A DNA stretch of 64,000 bases, taken from positions 372,001 to 436,000 of the forward strand of contig JAPDFW010000067.1 of NCBI GenBank assembly GCA_028826165.1, read 5' to 3'. The notes under the pieces were generated by a model that ran no database searches, was not told the origin of the DNA, and saw only the letters and a program-made list of their open reading frames with translations. Shown one piece after another: positions 11,803-25,324 of this stretch. The stretch is from Anaeramoeba ignava BMAN. Lineage: Eukaryota > Protista > Anaeramoebae. Both the position numbers and the translations under genes were made by a program. Every line of letters begins with the position of its first letter. Position 1 is the first letter of the stretch.

Positions 11803-13597
11803 TTAGGAAGTAGAACAAAAACAAGTAAAATATTTCTGTAATTCATGATCAACTGGGAAATGACTATTAAAAATCTTGCACATTAATTACTAATAAAAAC
11901 AACAATAAAAATTAAAATTCATTTATAAAAATTAAAAAATTTATAAAATTAAAATTAATTTACCTTCTTGATAAGAATTTTTCAAAAAGATTCAATTTTT
12001 GGAAGAATTGAATCAAAAAGAATTAAATGAGAAGGAAGATGAACATTTTGAGGATCAGAAAGAAAATTTTTATGAAGAAAATCAAGTGGATTAGCAAAAA
12101 CGATCAGCTTCATCAACATAATGGGTTCACTACTTGGTGAACAATCAAGAAATCCATTGATATATTCTTATGAATATGACTGTAAAAAGGTGTTGAATGA
12201 CAAGGAGTGAGAAATAAAACTGAAATTTCTTTTGATTTTTCTGTTCAAATGATTAGTTTCTTTTTGAATAAAGAAAAACATCAATTCGTCCTTTTTGATG
12301 AACATAACCCAAATATACTCCCCTGTCCATTCAAGCTGGGTTATATAAGAACTGAGAGGAATCAAATTACCCCAAAATTTACTTCTTGTTTTCCGAGGTT
12401 TTGTTTGGGTTTTTCTTTCCTTCTTTTGAGAAAAAAAGTCCTTCTTTTTCAGTTTTGGATCATCTGAAAATGAAGAAGAAAATGATGAAATGATTCTTGA
12501 TAGAGAACTTGCAGAATAAAATCACCATCAAGGATGAATAGGAGGAGATGAAACGGAATTCTTTTAGACTGGAGATGCTATAAAAAGCCAATATCAAACA
12601 AAATAATCCAAAAAGGAAGAAGCACTTTTGTTGGAGTATTTTTTCTCATCTCAAAACAAAAACACCGTGAATGAAAATGGAAGCAATGAAGTGAGAATCA
12701 AAGGCGTTGCAAAAGAGAGAAACCAGAACCATCTGTGAGTTCATAAAAGGAGCCTCTGTCTTCGAGAAAATTAAACTTGAGAAAAATTGATTTGAACAAT
12801 TGTAAAAGAACCAAATAAAAACTATCTAATAAAACAGAAACAATAAAAACACTGAAACTAATTGGAAAAAGTCTCAATGCTAATTGTTCAATTTTTCTCC
12901 AAGTTTTGATGCGGGAGAATATCATAGAAATATCAGAAAAATGAAAAAATTGCGCTTTGTTGGACGAACTATAAACCAATTGAAAATAAAAATATTCCAA
13001 AAATTTTGTTGTGAAATTTTTGGTTTTTGATAATAATATAAACAACGATAATTAATGTAGTTTCAAAGAATTTGCAAGAGTTCTTGTACTTAAATAAAAT
13101 GCGAGCCAAGAAATCAAATTTAAGAGCAACTTTTTTAATTTAAATTTTTTAATTTAAATTTTTTAATTTGAATTTTTTGATTTAAATTTTTTAATTTGAA
13201 TTTTTTAATTTGAATTTTTTAATAAATTACTGAAAATTTTGCAACAGATTTATTAAACCAATCAATTGAAATTTTCCAAACAAATAAATCACATAATGAA
13301 GCAAATGCTGCTTGTAAAATTCTTGGTGAAAGAATTAAAATCCAATTTTTATCAAGTTGAAAAATTTGAAGTATTTTATAAAGAACAGCAAAAATTAACG
13401 GATGAAGAAAACCTCTTAATTTTTCTTTTCCATTCCCAAAGTTAAATATCCATATTTAAATACTATATTATGAGCTACTTCAAGACTTTGCCAATATTCA
13501 TCTGGACAAAAAAAAGCATAATTGATGATTGCATTAATTATTCTAAAAATGTCAAAATTAAATAAAGAATTAAATCTGATTTTTGAAAGAATTTCAT
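11803..13597 (-). CDS. PIGB: GPI mannosyltransferase 3 (PIG-B/Gpi10); frameshifted in this assembly, with introns; 3' end approximate
   Basis: Manual reverse-strand translation gives FRIINA...[25 protein letters not shown]...[15 protein letters not shown] and [14 protein letters not shown], all PIG-B signatures. Confidence 0.85.
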
Positions 13598-13661
13598 TTT
13601 AAAAATTAAGAAAAATGAAAAATGAAAAATGAAAAATGAAAAAAAAAAATAATATTTTATT

Positions 13662-16167
13662 TTAATCCCATTTTTGAAGATAATTTTTAATATTTTTGTA
13701 ACTTTTGATATAATTCAATATATTCTTCGTTACTCATTTTATTTATCAATTCTTCATCAATTTCATCTACATTTATTGTTCTATTTTTAATTGAATCAAA
13801 TTATACTTTTTGATTCTTTTGATTGATTTAAATAAATTTCTTTTTCATTTTTCTAAATTGGAATAATTTCCAAAAATTCTTTTTATTAATTTTTGTTGAT
13901 CAACATTTTTGAGGTAATTTTTAAAGCTTTTTAATTTCTTTGAGTGATTTTCAAGTCATTTTCCTTTTCAATATTTAATAAATCATTTTCCAATCCAATA
14001 TCATAAGCGAAGATTTTCTCAATGAATTTCCTCTCATGTTCTTTTAGAAAAATCTGTTCACTATTAACAAGCATAAGGCGGTAGTATTTTTCTTTTTATG
14101 ATTTTTGAATTTGAATTCATTTCATCTATTTGATTTGAATTATTTTCGTTTCAACTACAATTTTTAAATTTTCATGTCTTTTTGTGAATGATAATGTGAA
14201 TAAAAAGAAAAGGTATTATTTTTCCTTGTGCATTTTTCATTTCTCCATACATTATAAACAGCTCTTATTTAATTTAATTTAAATTTTGATTTTATATAAA
14301 TTTTAATTTTAATTTAATTTTTGATTTTTGATTTAAAATTTAATTTGATTTTGATTTTATTTAAATTTAATTTTAGATTTGGATTTTGATTTAAATTAAT
14401 TTAAATTTAATTTGATTTTGATTTGATTTTTGATTTTTGAAATTTTGATTTTGATTTAATTTTGATTTTTAATTTGATTTTGATTTTAATTTGATTTTGG
14501 ATTTATTTTGATTTTAATTTAGATTTTATTTTAATTTGATTTTATTTTTGATTTTTAAATTTTGATTTTGAAATTTTGATTTTGATTTTTGGATTTGATT
14601 TTGATTTTGATTTTGATTTTGATTTTGATTTTGATTTGATTTTGATTTTTTTGATTTTTGATTTAATTTTGATTTTGATTTTGATTTGATTTTGATTTTG
14701 ATTTTGGATTTAATTTTTGATTTTGATTTTTTTTGATTTTGATTTTTGATTTTTGATTTGAATTTTGATTTTGATTTTTGATTTTGATTTTGATTTTGAT
14801 TTGATTTTGATTTTGATTTTGATTTTGATTTTGATTTTGATTTTAATTTTGATTTTGATTTTGATTTTGATTTTGATTTTGATTTTGATTTTGATTTTGA
14901 TTTTGATTTTGATTTTGATTTTGATTTTGATTTTGATTTTGATTTAAAAGTTTACTTATCAATTGCTCGTGGACTTGTTTGTCTATTTTTGTTTTGAATT
15001 TTAATTTTAATTTTAATTTTAATTTTTATAAATAAATTTTAATTATAATTATAATGTACCTAATATACATCCTGATAATTTTGAAATTAAAATTTTCAAT
15101 TCTTTGAACTTGTTGATTAAATAATTTCAAAGTCATCTTTTCCGATTTTTCAACTTTTAACTTCATTAACAATATGACGACAAAATAAACAATTCATTTC
15201 AAAATTAAGAGAAGTTAGTATTTATAAGTTGCAAAAAGCTTCTTCAGCTGTATATTTTCTGCCACAACAATATGGATTAGAACAAAATATGATTCTGATT
15301 GAGTTTTAGAATCAGCTTCCAATTTTTTTCTAATTTTAGCAATTCTATAAATTGTTGTATCAATAAATGATTTGAAATCAATAAAATAAAGATTTTTTTT
15401 GATTTGAGTGTGACTTGTAATTATTTCTTCAGAACGTGAATCATATTTTTTTTCTAATTTCTCTTTAATTGTTTTAAAATTAATAAGTTTATGCTTTTCT
15501 AGTGTATTCAATGATTTTTGAACTTGTTTCATTGGAAGATGTAATCTTTGTGAAATTTGTTGTTCTGTGATACTTTGATAAAATTAATTATAAATATAAT
15601 TATAAATATAATTATAAATTTAATGATAAATATAATTATAAATATAAATATAAATTTAATTATAAATTTAATTATAAATTTAATTATAAATTTAATTATA
15701 AATTTAGTTATAAATTTAATTATAAATATAATTATAAATTTAATGATAAATATAATTATAAATATAATTATAAATTTAATTATAAATTTAATTATAAATT
15801 TTATTATAAATATAATTATAAATTTAATTATATAAATTTATTATAAATTTTATTATAAATTTAATTATAAAATATAATTATAAATTTAATTATAAATATA
15901 ATTATAAATATAATTATAAATATAATTATAAATATAATTATAAATTTAATTATAAATTTAATTATAAATTTAATTATAAATTTAATTATAAATTTAATTA
16001 TAAATATAATTATAAATTAATTATATAAATATAATTATAAATTTAATTATAAATTTTTACTCTTTTTTTCATGAAGAAGTGTATCAATAATAATAAATTT
16101 CTACTTGATTATAAAAACCACGAACAACTAATTTAACAAGTAATTCCATCTCACTACAATGATTCAT
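13662..16167 (-). CDS. GTF2E1: General transcription factor IIE alpha subunit; repeat-filled introns at about 15573-16060 and 14266-14955; 3' end approximate
   Basis: LVKLVVRGFY...IDTLL; YFIDFKSFIDTTIYRIAKIRKKLE; zinc ribbon ending NCLFCRHIV; C-terminal DEELINKMSNEEYIELY. Confidence 0.8.
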
Positions 16168-16233
16168 TTTAAATAAATAATGAAAAAATGAAAAAATGAA
16201 AAATAAAAAAATGAAATTTTTTTTTTGTTTTAT

Positions 16234-17131
16234 TCAAAAATTTTTTCTTGTTTTTTCCCAAAATCCATCTTTTTGTAAAACTTTAAATTTAATATTTGTA
16301 AACAATTTAATTTTTTGATTAATTTTTTGAAAGTAATTTTGATTATATTTTTTTAAATCATTTTTGTTCAATTTTAAATCTTGATTTTCAATAAAAATAT
16401 TATTTAAATCAATTGAATTATTAAATTCTTTAAAAGATTCTAATTCACTTTTAGATAAAATATGAGCAACTATGATATCTTCTTTTCAAAACTGGAGAGA
16501 TCTTGATTCAAGTCGTTGCTTTTTCTTTTTCCCATCACTTTTTCTCTTCCTATTTGATGAAGGAACCCTTTTTCAATTTTGGAGTTCTTTGTCTTTATTT
16601 TTTGATCTTTTCTTTTGTTCCACTTTTTGATCTTGATCAGTTTTATTTGTATTATTTTTGAACAACACCATCCAGTCATTTTTGGTCACTGAACAAGAAA
16701 CAAGATTTGATGAACGAACACAATTCGAAATGTGGAAGGTGCGTTCTTTCATTTCTAAATGTTCTAATGATTTTGCCACAAACTCGACAAAAATTAAGAT
16801 CATTGAAAATAAGATCTTGATTTTTCGAAATTTGAGCTTCAGTTTCAACAAGATTTTCGAAGTCTTTTTGGATTTTTTTCTTTCCTTCCCAAGAATCTAA
16901 GCATCGATTTAAATGTTCTCTTCTTCGTAATTCATGTAGATCTGTTAAATCTTTTTGACAAAATTGACAAATAATTTTTTCATTTTGAATTTCAATTAAA
17001 TTTTCATTTTGATTTTCAATTAAATTTTGATTTTCATTTTGGATTTGATTATCTAAACATTGATTAACATGTGATTCAATTTGATTTTGATTTAAATGAG
17101 AAAGATCTATTTGACAAACTGGACAATTCAT
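16234..17131 (-). CDS. Protein with three UBZ4-type (C2HC) zinc fingers, SLX4/SNM1A N-terminus-like; frameshifted, 3' end approximate
   Basis: CPVCQIDL...HVNQCLD, CQFCQKDL...RREHLNRCLD and CRVCGK...RTFHISNC (third joined across a frameshift). Confidence 0.7.
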
Positions 17132-17307
17132 AAAACAAAAAAAATGAAAAAATGAAAAAATGAAAAATGAATTTAATTGATTTTTTTATTTGAAAAAGAA
17201 AGAAAAAGAAAGAATTTTAATTTTAATTTTGATTTTGATTTTAATTTGATTTTGATTTTGATTTGATTTTGATTTTAATTTGATTTTGATTTTAATTTGA
17301 TTTTGAT

Positions 17308-18831
17308 TTAAATATCATTTGAAAAAACTTTTTGATATTCTTGAATTGCTTTTGTAATAACTTCTTTTGCTTCTTCAGGTCCTTTTGGTTCATCAACTTT
17401 AACAGTTTTATTTTCAAGAACTTTATAATCTTTGAAAAATTTTCTAATTTCAACTAATCTATGTTGTGGAAGTTCTTTAACGTCATGATAATCTTTGTAT
17501 TCAGGATCATCTAAATGAACTGCAATAATTTTATCATCATTTTCATCACAATCAATCATAGGAACTAATCCAATAGGACGAATTCTTAAAATAGTTAATG
17601 GATAAACCTTTATTTTAAATTTGATTTTAATTTTAATTTTAATTTTAAATTTAATTTTAATTTTAATTTATTTTTAATTTATTTTATAAATGAATTTTAA
17701 TATTTATTTTAATTTTAATTTTAAATTTTAATTTTAATTTTAATTTTAAATTTTAATTTTAATTTAAATTTTAATTTTTGATTTTAATTTTTAATTTTAA
17801 TTTTAATTTTAATTTTTAATTTTTAATTTTAATTTTAATTTTTATTATAATTTTAATTTTAATTTTTAATTTTAAATTTTTAATTTTAATTTTAATTTTA
17901 ATTTTAATTTTAAAATTTTAATTTTAATTTTAATTTTAATTTAAATTTTAATTTTAATTTTAATTTTAATTTTAATTTTAATTTTAATTTTAATTTTAAT
18001 TTTAATTTTAATTTTTAATTTAAATTTTAATTTTAATTTTAATTTTAATTTTTAATTTTAATTTTAATTATAATTTTATTTTTAAATTTAATTTCAATTT
18101 TAATTTTAATTTTAATTTATTTTTAATTTTAATTTTAATTTTAATTTTAATTTTAATTTTAATTTTTATTATAATTTTAATTTTAATTATACTTCGCTTT
18201 GCATTAAAACTAAAACATCAATAGGATCATGATCTTCTCCAAGTGTTTGAGGAATAAATCCATAATTTGTTGCTTTTTTTTTAATTAAATAAAATATTGA
18301 ATAAATTTTCAGAAAAAATATTGATTTAAATATTTTGTAAATAAAAAATTGATTTAATACGATAAACAACTGATGAATAAAGAACTCTATCAGCACGTAA
18401 CAAACCAGTTTCTTTATCTAATTCATATTTAACTTTTGAACCTTTTGGGATTTCAATAACTAAAACAACAAACAATTTTGATTTTATAAATGAATTTTAA
18501 TTTTAATTTTAATTTTAATTTTAATTATAATTTTAATTTTAATTTTAATTATAATTTTAATTATAATTTTATTTTAATTTTATAAATGAATTTTAATATT
18601 AATCTTAATTATAATTATAATTTTAATTATTTTAATTTTTGATTTTAATTTTAATTTTAATTGAGAATTTAAAATGAATTTACCTGCATTGCATTCATTT
18701 GGTGGATCTTCACCTGGTTCAATTCCATGCCAAGGATGAAGAACAGAACTTTGATGTACATTCTGTTTTTTCTTTTTTTCTGATTTAGATTTTGATTGTT
18801 GAAATTGTTGCCAAGCTTTATCAGAATTCAT
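17308..18831 (-). CDS. Soluble inorganic pyrophosphatase, family I; introns 18460-18683, 18273-18360, 17608-18192
   Basis: HPWH...NA|[16 protein letters not shown]...[10 protein letters not shown]|[22 protein letters not shown]...[14 protein letters not shown]...FFKDYK; all three junctions keep frame. Confidence 0.93.
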
Positions 18832-19054
18832 TTTTGAAAAAGAAAAATGAAAAAAAAAAAATAAAAAAAAATTATTAAAAATAACAAAATTACTAATTTT
18901 TGTTTTAAAAATAAAATTAAAAAGAATTTTGATTTTATTTGATTTGTTTTGTTTTAATTCCCTAAAAAAAAAAAAAAAAACTAAAAAGAAATTTAATAGC
19001 AATCATTTCAAAAGATCTCATTAAAAAGTTTTATGATTCTAAAGTTTAAAGATT

Positions 19055-19615
19055 TATTTTTAGAATCATAAATTTTTGAATATCTTGCATTTTTGTTCTG
19101 TTTTCTTTGATCAAATTAGTTAAATTATCCTATAGAAATGAATAAGTATTAAATTTATATTGAAACTATTTAGAATATTTGGGAAAAGATTCATTGAAAG
19201 GAAATTAATTTAAATACATTTCTTTTGTTAAAAATTCTAATCTTTTCGAAATGTTTGTTTGTGACTCTTCAAGTGATTGTTCAACAAGAACTGGTCCAAT
19301 TAATTTAAAAATTTTAGAGTCATCATCAAGTAGTTTTAATTCCTTAATAAATATTTAATTTTTTTATTTCGTTTTGTTTGTCAAAATTTTAATTGATAAT
19401 AAATTTAAATTCTAAATTAAAAATTGTTTGTTTTTTTTTTGATTTACATCTTGAACTAATTTTGTTTCATTTATTTTTGTTTCAAATTCAAACTGATTTT
19501 GTGCGTATTTATTAATTTCTTTTATTTTTATTTTTAATTTTTAATTTAATTTTTAATTCTATTTTGTTTTTAATTATAACTTTTTGTAAATCTCTAAATT
19601 CAAGTGATTGTTCAT
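19055..19615 (-). CDS. PFDN6: Prefoldin subunit 6 (small exons, absent from the ORF track; termini approximate)
   Basis: Manual translation: EQSLEFRDLQK|EINKYAQNQFEFETKINETKLVQD|ELKLLDDDSKIFKLIGPVLVEQSLEESQTNISKRLEFLTKE, matching the KLxGPVLVxQ...KRLxxI pattern. Confidence 0.82.
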
Positions 19616-19679
19616 TTAAAAATAAAATGAAAAATTGAAAAATGAAAAATGAAAATTCATTTTTTTTCTTTCCAAAAAA

Positions 19680-21410
19680 ATGAATGAAATTTTATTTTTG
19701 GTCAAATGAAGAACCAAAAATTATCAAAAATGAAACCAATTAAAATAATAAAACCAATTAAATTTAAATTTGAAAATGAAAACGAAAAACAAAATTAAAC
19801 AAATTTCATCAGGTTTTTCAATAATTTTCCTTTTCGAAAATGGAAAAGCAATAGAATATTCAAATAAAAATGATTCAAATCAAAATCCTTCAAAAATCAA
19901 ATTGAAGAAAAATATTCAAAAAGTAACTGTTGGTTCTCAAACAGCTATTTTAACAAAAGAAGGAAAATGTATTTGCCAAAGGAGATTATATTAAATTCAA
20001 AAATAAAAGAATTTATCAATATTTCATCATTAATTGAAGATACAAATGATAGAGTAATTCAAAATATTGTTTCTGGAAACGGATCAATTTACTTATTAAC
20101 TTCAAATCAAAATGCTTAAGGATTGGTTCAAATAGTTTTGGTCAACTTTTTGGTTTGATTCATCCAAATTTCTTACAAAAACCAATTTTAATGATGAAAA
20201 ATGTTTCTAAATATTTTCAGGAAATACTTCTCAATTTGTTTTCTTTTAAAAATTCAAAATTATTTGGATGCGGATATAATAGCCATCCTAGTCAGTTAGG
20301 AGAATCAAAAATTGAAGATGAAAAACTATCATATAAACCAACCAAAATCCAAAATATTCCAAAAGGCAAAATAATTGTATTCAATCTGGATATCTTCATT
20401 CAATAATATTGATTGAAAATAAATGAAAATGAAAATCAAAAAGAAAACTTTATTCATGTAGAGTGATTATATATAGGCATCAAAAATGCTTACATTCATC
20501 TATATTTACTGAAATCAAAATCCTTTTTATTTAAAACGATAATATTCTTGATTTTTCTTGTGGACATTCTCATACTTTGATTTTAACTTCCCAATTGTGC
20601 TTTTGAAACCTTTTTAGTCAGGAAATAAAAACAAAAATTAAATCAATTTCAATTCAAATTAAACTTCCTAAATTAGAATTTAATGGAAATATTTCAATTA
20701 TCCATATTTCTTGTGGATATCACAAATCATTTCTTTATTATTTCTTCTTATTTTTCATCTCTTCTTTTCCAATCTTGAAGAAGATTTGATAAAATTATTT
20801 GAAGAAAAGAAAAATTTTGTGATATTTTTATTTAAACGAAAAATGGAGAAAATAATTGAAGCTCATAAATTAATATTGAAATATAGATTAAATCAAAATC
20901 CAAAATCAAAATCAAATTGAAAAACTTCAAAAAGAAATTATTTTCAAATAAATCAATTTAAAAGAATCAAATCAAATATTTGAAATGATTTATTCCAAAC
21001 AAATCCATAAAATTATATTTAGAAATTAAAAGAAATTATAAATTCAAATGAAAAATTGAAGAAAGTAATGAAAATTTTTTTAAATGAAAATGAAAAGATA
21101 ATTGAAATTGAAAAATATAAATTTCAAAAATTAATATATGTAAGTAATAATTATATCAGGGAATGTTTTTATATCCTTTGGCGATAAATCTAATACAAGT
21201 TACAGACCCACTGTTGAATTAAATGGCAAATAAATCACAAATATTTGAATATTGGTTATACAAATCAAATTAAAAGATAAATTCAAATTACACGAAATAA
21301 TGAAATTGAAATTGGAATTGATTATTTTTCAATTAAATCAAACAAATCAAATTTGTTTGATTTATTAATTAACAAATTAATGAAATCAAAATTAACAAAA
21401 AGAAAAACAA
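19680..21410 (+). pseudogene. Degraded RCC1-repeat + BTB-domain gene
   Basis: Fragments GSNSFGQL, KLFGCGYN..SQLG, FSCGHSHTLIL, ISCGYHKSF, SNLEEDLIKLF..IEAHKLILKYR and a terminal DYFQLN-like motif; many frameshifts and an in-frame stop near 20117. Confidence 0.7.
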
Positions 21411-21795
21411 TTTAAAGAGAAATTATTGAAAAACCAAAAGATAAAAAGATAAAACAGATAAATATTCCAAAAATATTATTTTAAATTAAAAAGTACAAAT
21501 TAAAATAAATTAAAGAAAAATTTAAAAACAAAAAGATCATTTTTCTTTTTCTTTTTCTTTTCTCTTTTCCTTTTAAAAAACCAAAAAAGTAAGAAAAAAC
21601 ATAAAAATAACACAAAAACAAAACCTAAATATTTATTTTTATTTTTATATTTTTATTTATTTTTATTTTAACATTTAAAAAGCAAAAACAACAAAAATTC
21701 AAAAACACAAAGTGAGAAAAAAAAACATAAAAAAACAATCAAGTTATTTTTTTTTTTATTTTATTATTTTTATTTTTATTTAAAGAAAAACAAAA

Positions 21796-24558
21796 ATGAA
21801 ATTAAACCTTTTCTTTTTCCTTTCTCTTTTTCTTAATTATCAATATTTTCTTAATTCAATCAAACCAAAATCAAAATCAAAATCAAAATCAAAAATCAAA
21901 ATCAATTTCATCATTAATATCACCAATATTAACAGAAATAAAAACATTAACAAGAAACAAGATATTATTCTTCTTTCAATGAAGCTTGGATTTGGAATTT
22001 ATTAGATCAATTTTCAGGTCCAGCAAGTTTTTGGATTTTCTGTTTCAATTTATAAAGATGTTCTTGTTATTGGAACTCGTAATGCAGGCCAAGTATTTAT
22101 TTACAGATATAATGGAACAAATTTTGAACTTGAACAAAATTTGGATGAACCTTCATATTTCTATTTTGGATATTCTGTTTCAATTTATAAAGATGTTGTT
22201 ATTGGGACTGCTGAAAAACATGCATTTATTTACAGATATAATGGAACATTTTGGAATCAAGAACAACATTTGAGTGGATCAGCTACATATTTTGGAGATT
22301 TTGTTTCAATTTATGAGAATGTTACTGTTATTAGTAATTATGGTGCAAATCAAACATTTATTTACAGATATAATGGATCTATTTGGAATGAAGAACAAAT
22401 TTTGAGTGAATCAGTTACATATTTTGGATATTCTATTTCAATTTATAAAGATGTTATTGTTATTGGTGCTCGTGATGTAAATCAAGCATTTATTTACAGA
22501 TATAATGGATCATTTTGGAATCAAGAACAACATTTGAATGGAGCTTCAGCTTCATATTTTGGAAGTTCTGTTTCAATTTATGAAGATGTTATTGTTATTG
22601 GTGCTTGGGGTGCAAATGAAACATTTATTTACAGATATAATGAATCAACTTGGAATAAAGAACAAATTTTGAATGAATCTTCTGTTTCAAATTTTGGAGA
22701 TTCTGTTTCAATTTATGGAGATGTTATTGTTATTGGAGCTGCTTATGATGTAAATCAAGCATTTATTTACAGATATAATGGAACATTTTGGAATCAAGAA
22801 AAAATTTTGAATGGACCTCCAGCTTCATATTTTGGAAGTTCTGTTTTAATTTATGAGAATTTTACTGTTATTGGAGCTGAGAATTCATTTCAAGTATTTG
22901 TTTATGAAGTTAGTTTAATTCCACAAGTTAATATTGTTAATTGTTCATCTTTGTTTTCATTATTTGATTGTTATTGGGATAAAATTGAATTTCCTTCAAA
23001 TTTGAAATATCAAATTAATTATGGATATAATTGGATTGATATTGATTCTCCAATTCTTGAAGATGAGAATGTTTATTATCAACAATTCAATTCTTCATTT
23101 TATGATAATATTACTGGAAATGAATATTATTCAATTCAAATTCAAGCTTGTGATAATGAATCAATGATATGTGGTGAATCTTCTTCTTTCATTAATTTAA
23201 CAACAAAAATTGATTCTGTAAAAGATTTCCAATTATCAAATCCTTCAAACAATTCAATTAATGTTACTTGGAATTATCCAAATGTTCAGATCAATGAAGG
23301 AATTGCTCATCTTGATCATTATAATCTTTCTTATCTTAATCAATCTCAACCTGATTTAATATCTTTCATTTCAGTTGATAATTCTTCACTTGATTATTTT
23401 TGGAATAATTTAGAATGTGAAAATGATTATAATATTTCAATTTGTGGATGTAGAACACATGAATGTGAAGGAGATGATAAAGGAGAAATTGTTGAATCAT
23501 CAATTTCATTAATATTTGGAGAAGTTACAAATTTTTCATGTTCAATTTCAAATTCAATCGATATTAATTGTAATTGGAATCAACCAATTAATTGTTCAAT
23601 TCCATTTTATTATAATTTTACTTATCAATCAATTTATCAAAATGATTCAGGAAATTATCAACCAACTTCAACAAATCAACAATTCACAGTTCAATTACCA
23701 AATCAAGAATATCAAATCAATATATCATCATGTAATTCAAATGGAAAATGTGGATATATTTCATCAATTTCAATTACAACTGATAATTTAACAGCAGCTC
23801 CAACAATTTACGAAACAATTTCCAAAACTGAAGAAATTGAATTTAATTTCACAAAATTAACAAATGCAAATAATTATTCAATTTCACTTAATAATGGAAC
23901 AAATTGGGAAAAATTCACATCTCTTGATTTAAGTGGAAATGAAGTTATTGGAATAATAAGTGGAATACCTGGAAATATTGAATATAATATTTCAATTCGA
24001 GGATGTGTTGATTTAAATTGTGAAACACCATATTTAGGAGAACCAAGTTCAATTATTTCAACAAGAGCTAAATTAGGAAATATTACTTCATTAAATTGTT
24101 ATGCAATAATTAATGGATTTATTTGTAATTGGGGTTCATTAATTTTATCAAGTGGATTAAAATCATATTCATTTAGATTTAATTCAATATCAATTTGTTT
24201 AACAAATTTGCCGAATTATTATTCAATTCCTTCAGGATTACAAGGAGGAGAATATTATGAAATTTCAATTTATTCATCAGCTACATTAAATTGTTCAGAT
24301 AATCAATATTCAGGAATTAATTCAACAACATCAATTACAATATTATCTCCTTATCAACCAACTCAATCAACTGATTCAAACAATTCCAATGCAACAGCAA
24401 TAACTATTGGAATTCTTATTCCAATTATTATTATTTTAATAATTATTATTGGAATTCTTTTATATCAGAAAAAAACAAGAACAAAAAAACAAAAACAATC
24501 CAAAAATCTAAATCAAAAACAAGAAGAAAAAGAACTTCAAGATAATTTAGATATTTAA
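21796..24558 (+). CDS. Type I membrane protein: signal peptide, 7 FG-GAP-like propeller blades, FN3-like domains, TM, short tail (copy 1; 5' frameshifts)
   Basis: Repeats FGxSVSIYxDVxVIGA...FIYRYNGxxWNxEQxL; SINVTWNYP; TM ITIGILIPIIIILIIIIGILLY. Confidence 0.8.
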
Positions 24559-25324
24559 TTCCAATTCCAATTTCAATTTTCCAAATTCTTTTTTCTTTTC
24601 AATTTTAATTTCCAAATTCTTTTTTTCTTTTTCTCTTTTCAATTCAAAACAATCTATTTTCCAAATTCCAAAAAAAAACAAAAACAAAAACAAAAACAAA
24701 AACAAAAAAAACAAATTTATTATTTTTTGATTTTGATTTTGATTTTAATTATTTTAAAAAAGAAAAAGAAGAAATTATTAATTAAATTCAAAAACAAAAA
24801 TTTAAACAAGAAATAATTAATAAAATTAAATAGAAATTAATTATTTCCAATTAAATCAAAATAAAAATCAAAAAAAATTTAATTTAAATTAATTTAATTT
24901 AAATTAAAATTAACAAAAAGAAAAACAATTTAAAGAGAAATTATTGAAAAAGAAACCAAAAGAAAAAAAGATAAAACAGATAAATATTCCAAAAATATTT
25001 AAAATTAAAATAAAAACAAGAAAAAAAATTTTTTTTTAAAATTAAATTAATTAAAAAAAATTTAAAAAAAAAAACAAAAGATCATTTTTTCTTTTTTCTT
25101 TTTTCTTTTCTCTTTTCCTTTTAAAAAAAACCAAAAAAGTAAGAAAAAAACATAAAAATAACACAAAAAACAAAAACACAAAAATTTATTTTTATTTTTA
25201 TATTAAATTTATTTTTATTTAAAAAAAAGCACAAAACAAGTAAGAAAAACATAAAAAAAACACAAAAAACACAATTCAATTATTTTTGTTTATTTATTTA
25301 AAAAAAAGCAAAAAAAAAACAGAA

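Noticed and set aside
14560-14945. (TTTTGA)n as an interstitial telomere
   Set aside because: It is degenerate, lies in an intron, and recurs in exons and UTRs across the window as a common microsatellite.
10544-15300. Dense frameshifts suggesting pseudogenes or programmed frameshifting in PIG-B and TFIIE-alpha
   Set aside because: Indels fall mostly in homopolymers while motifs stay intact, as expected for unpolished long-read sequence. Not provable without reads.
14765-15835. ORFs such as MILILIL... and MLFCDTLIKLIINII... (also 39695-40198, 55184-55592, 56357-56651)
   Set aside because: Antisense or off-frame translations of microsatellites, not proteins.
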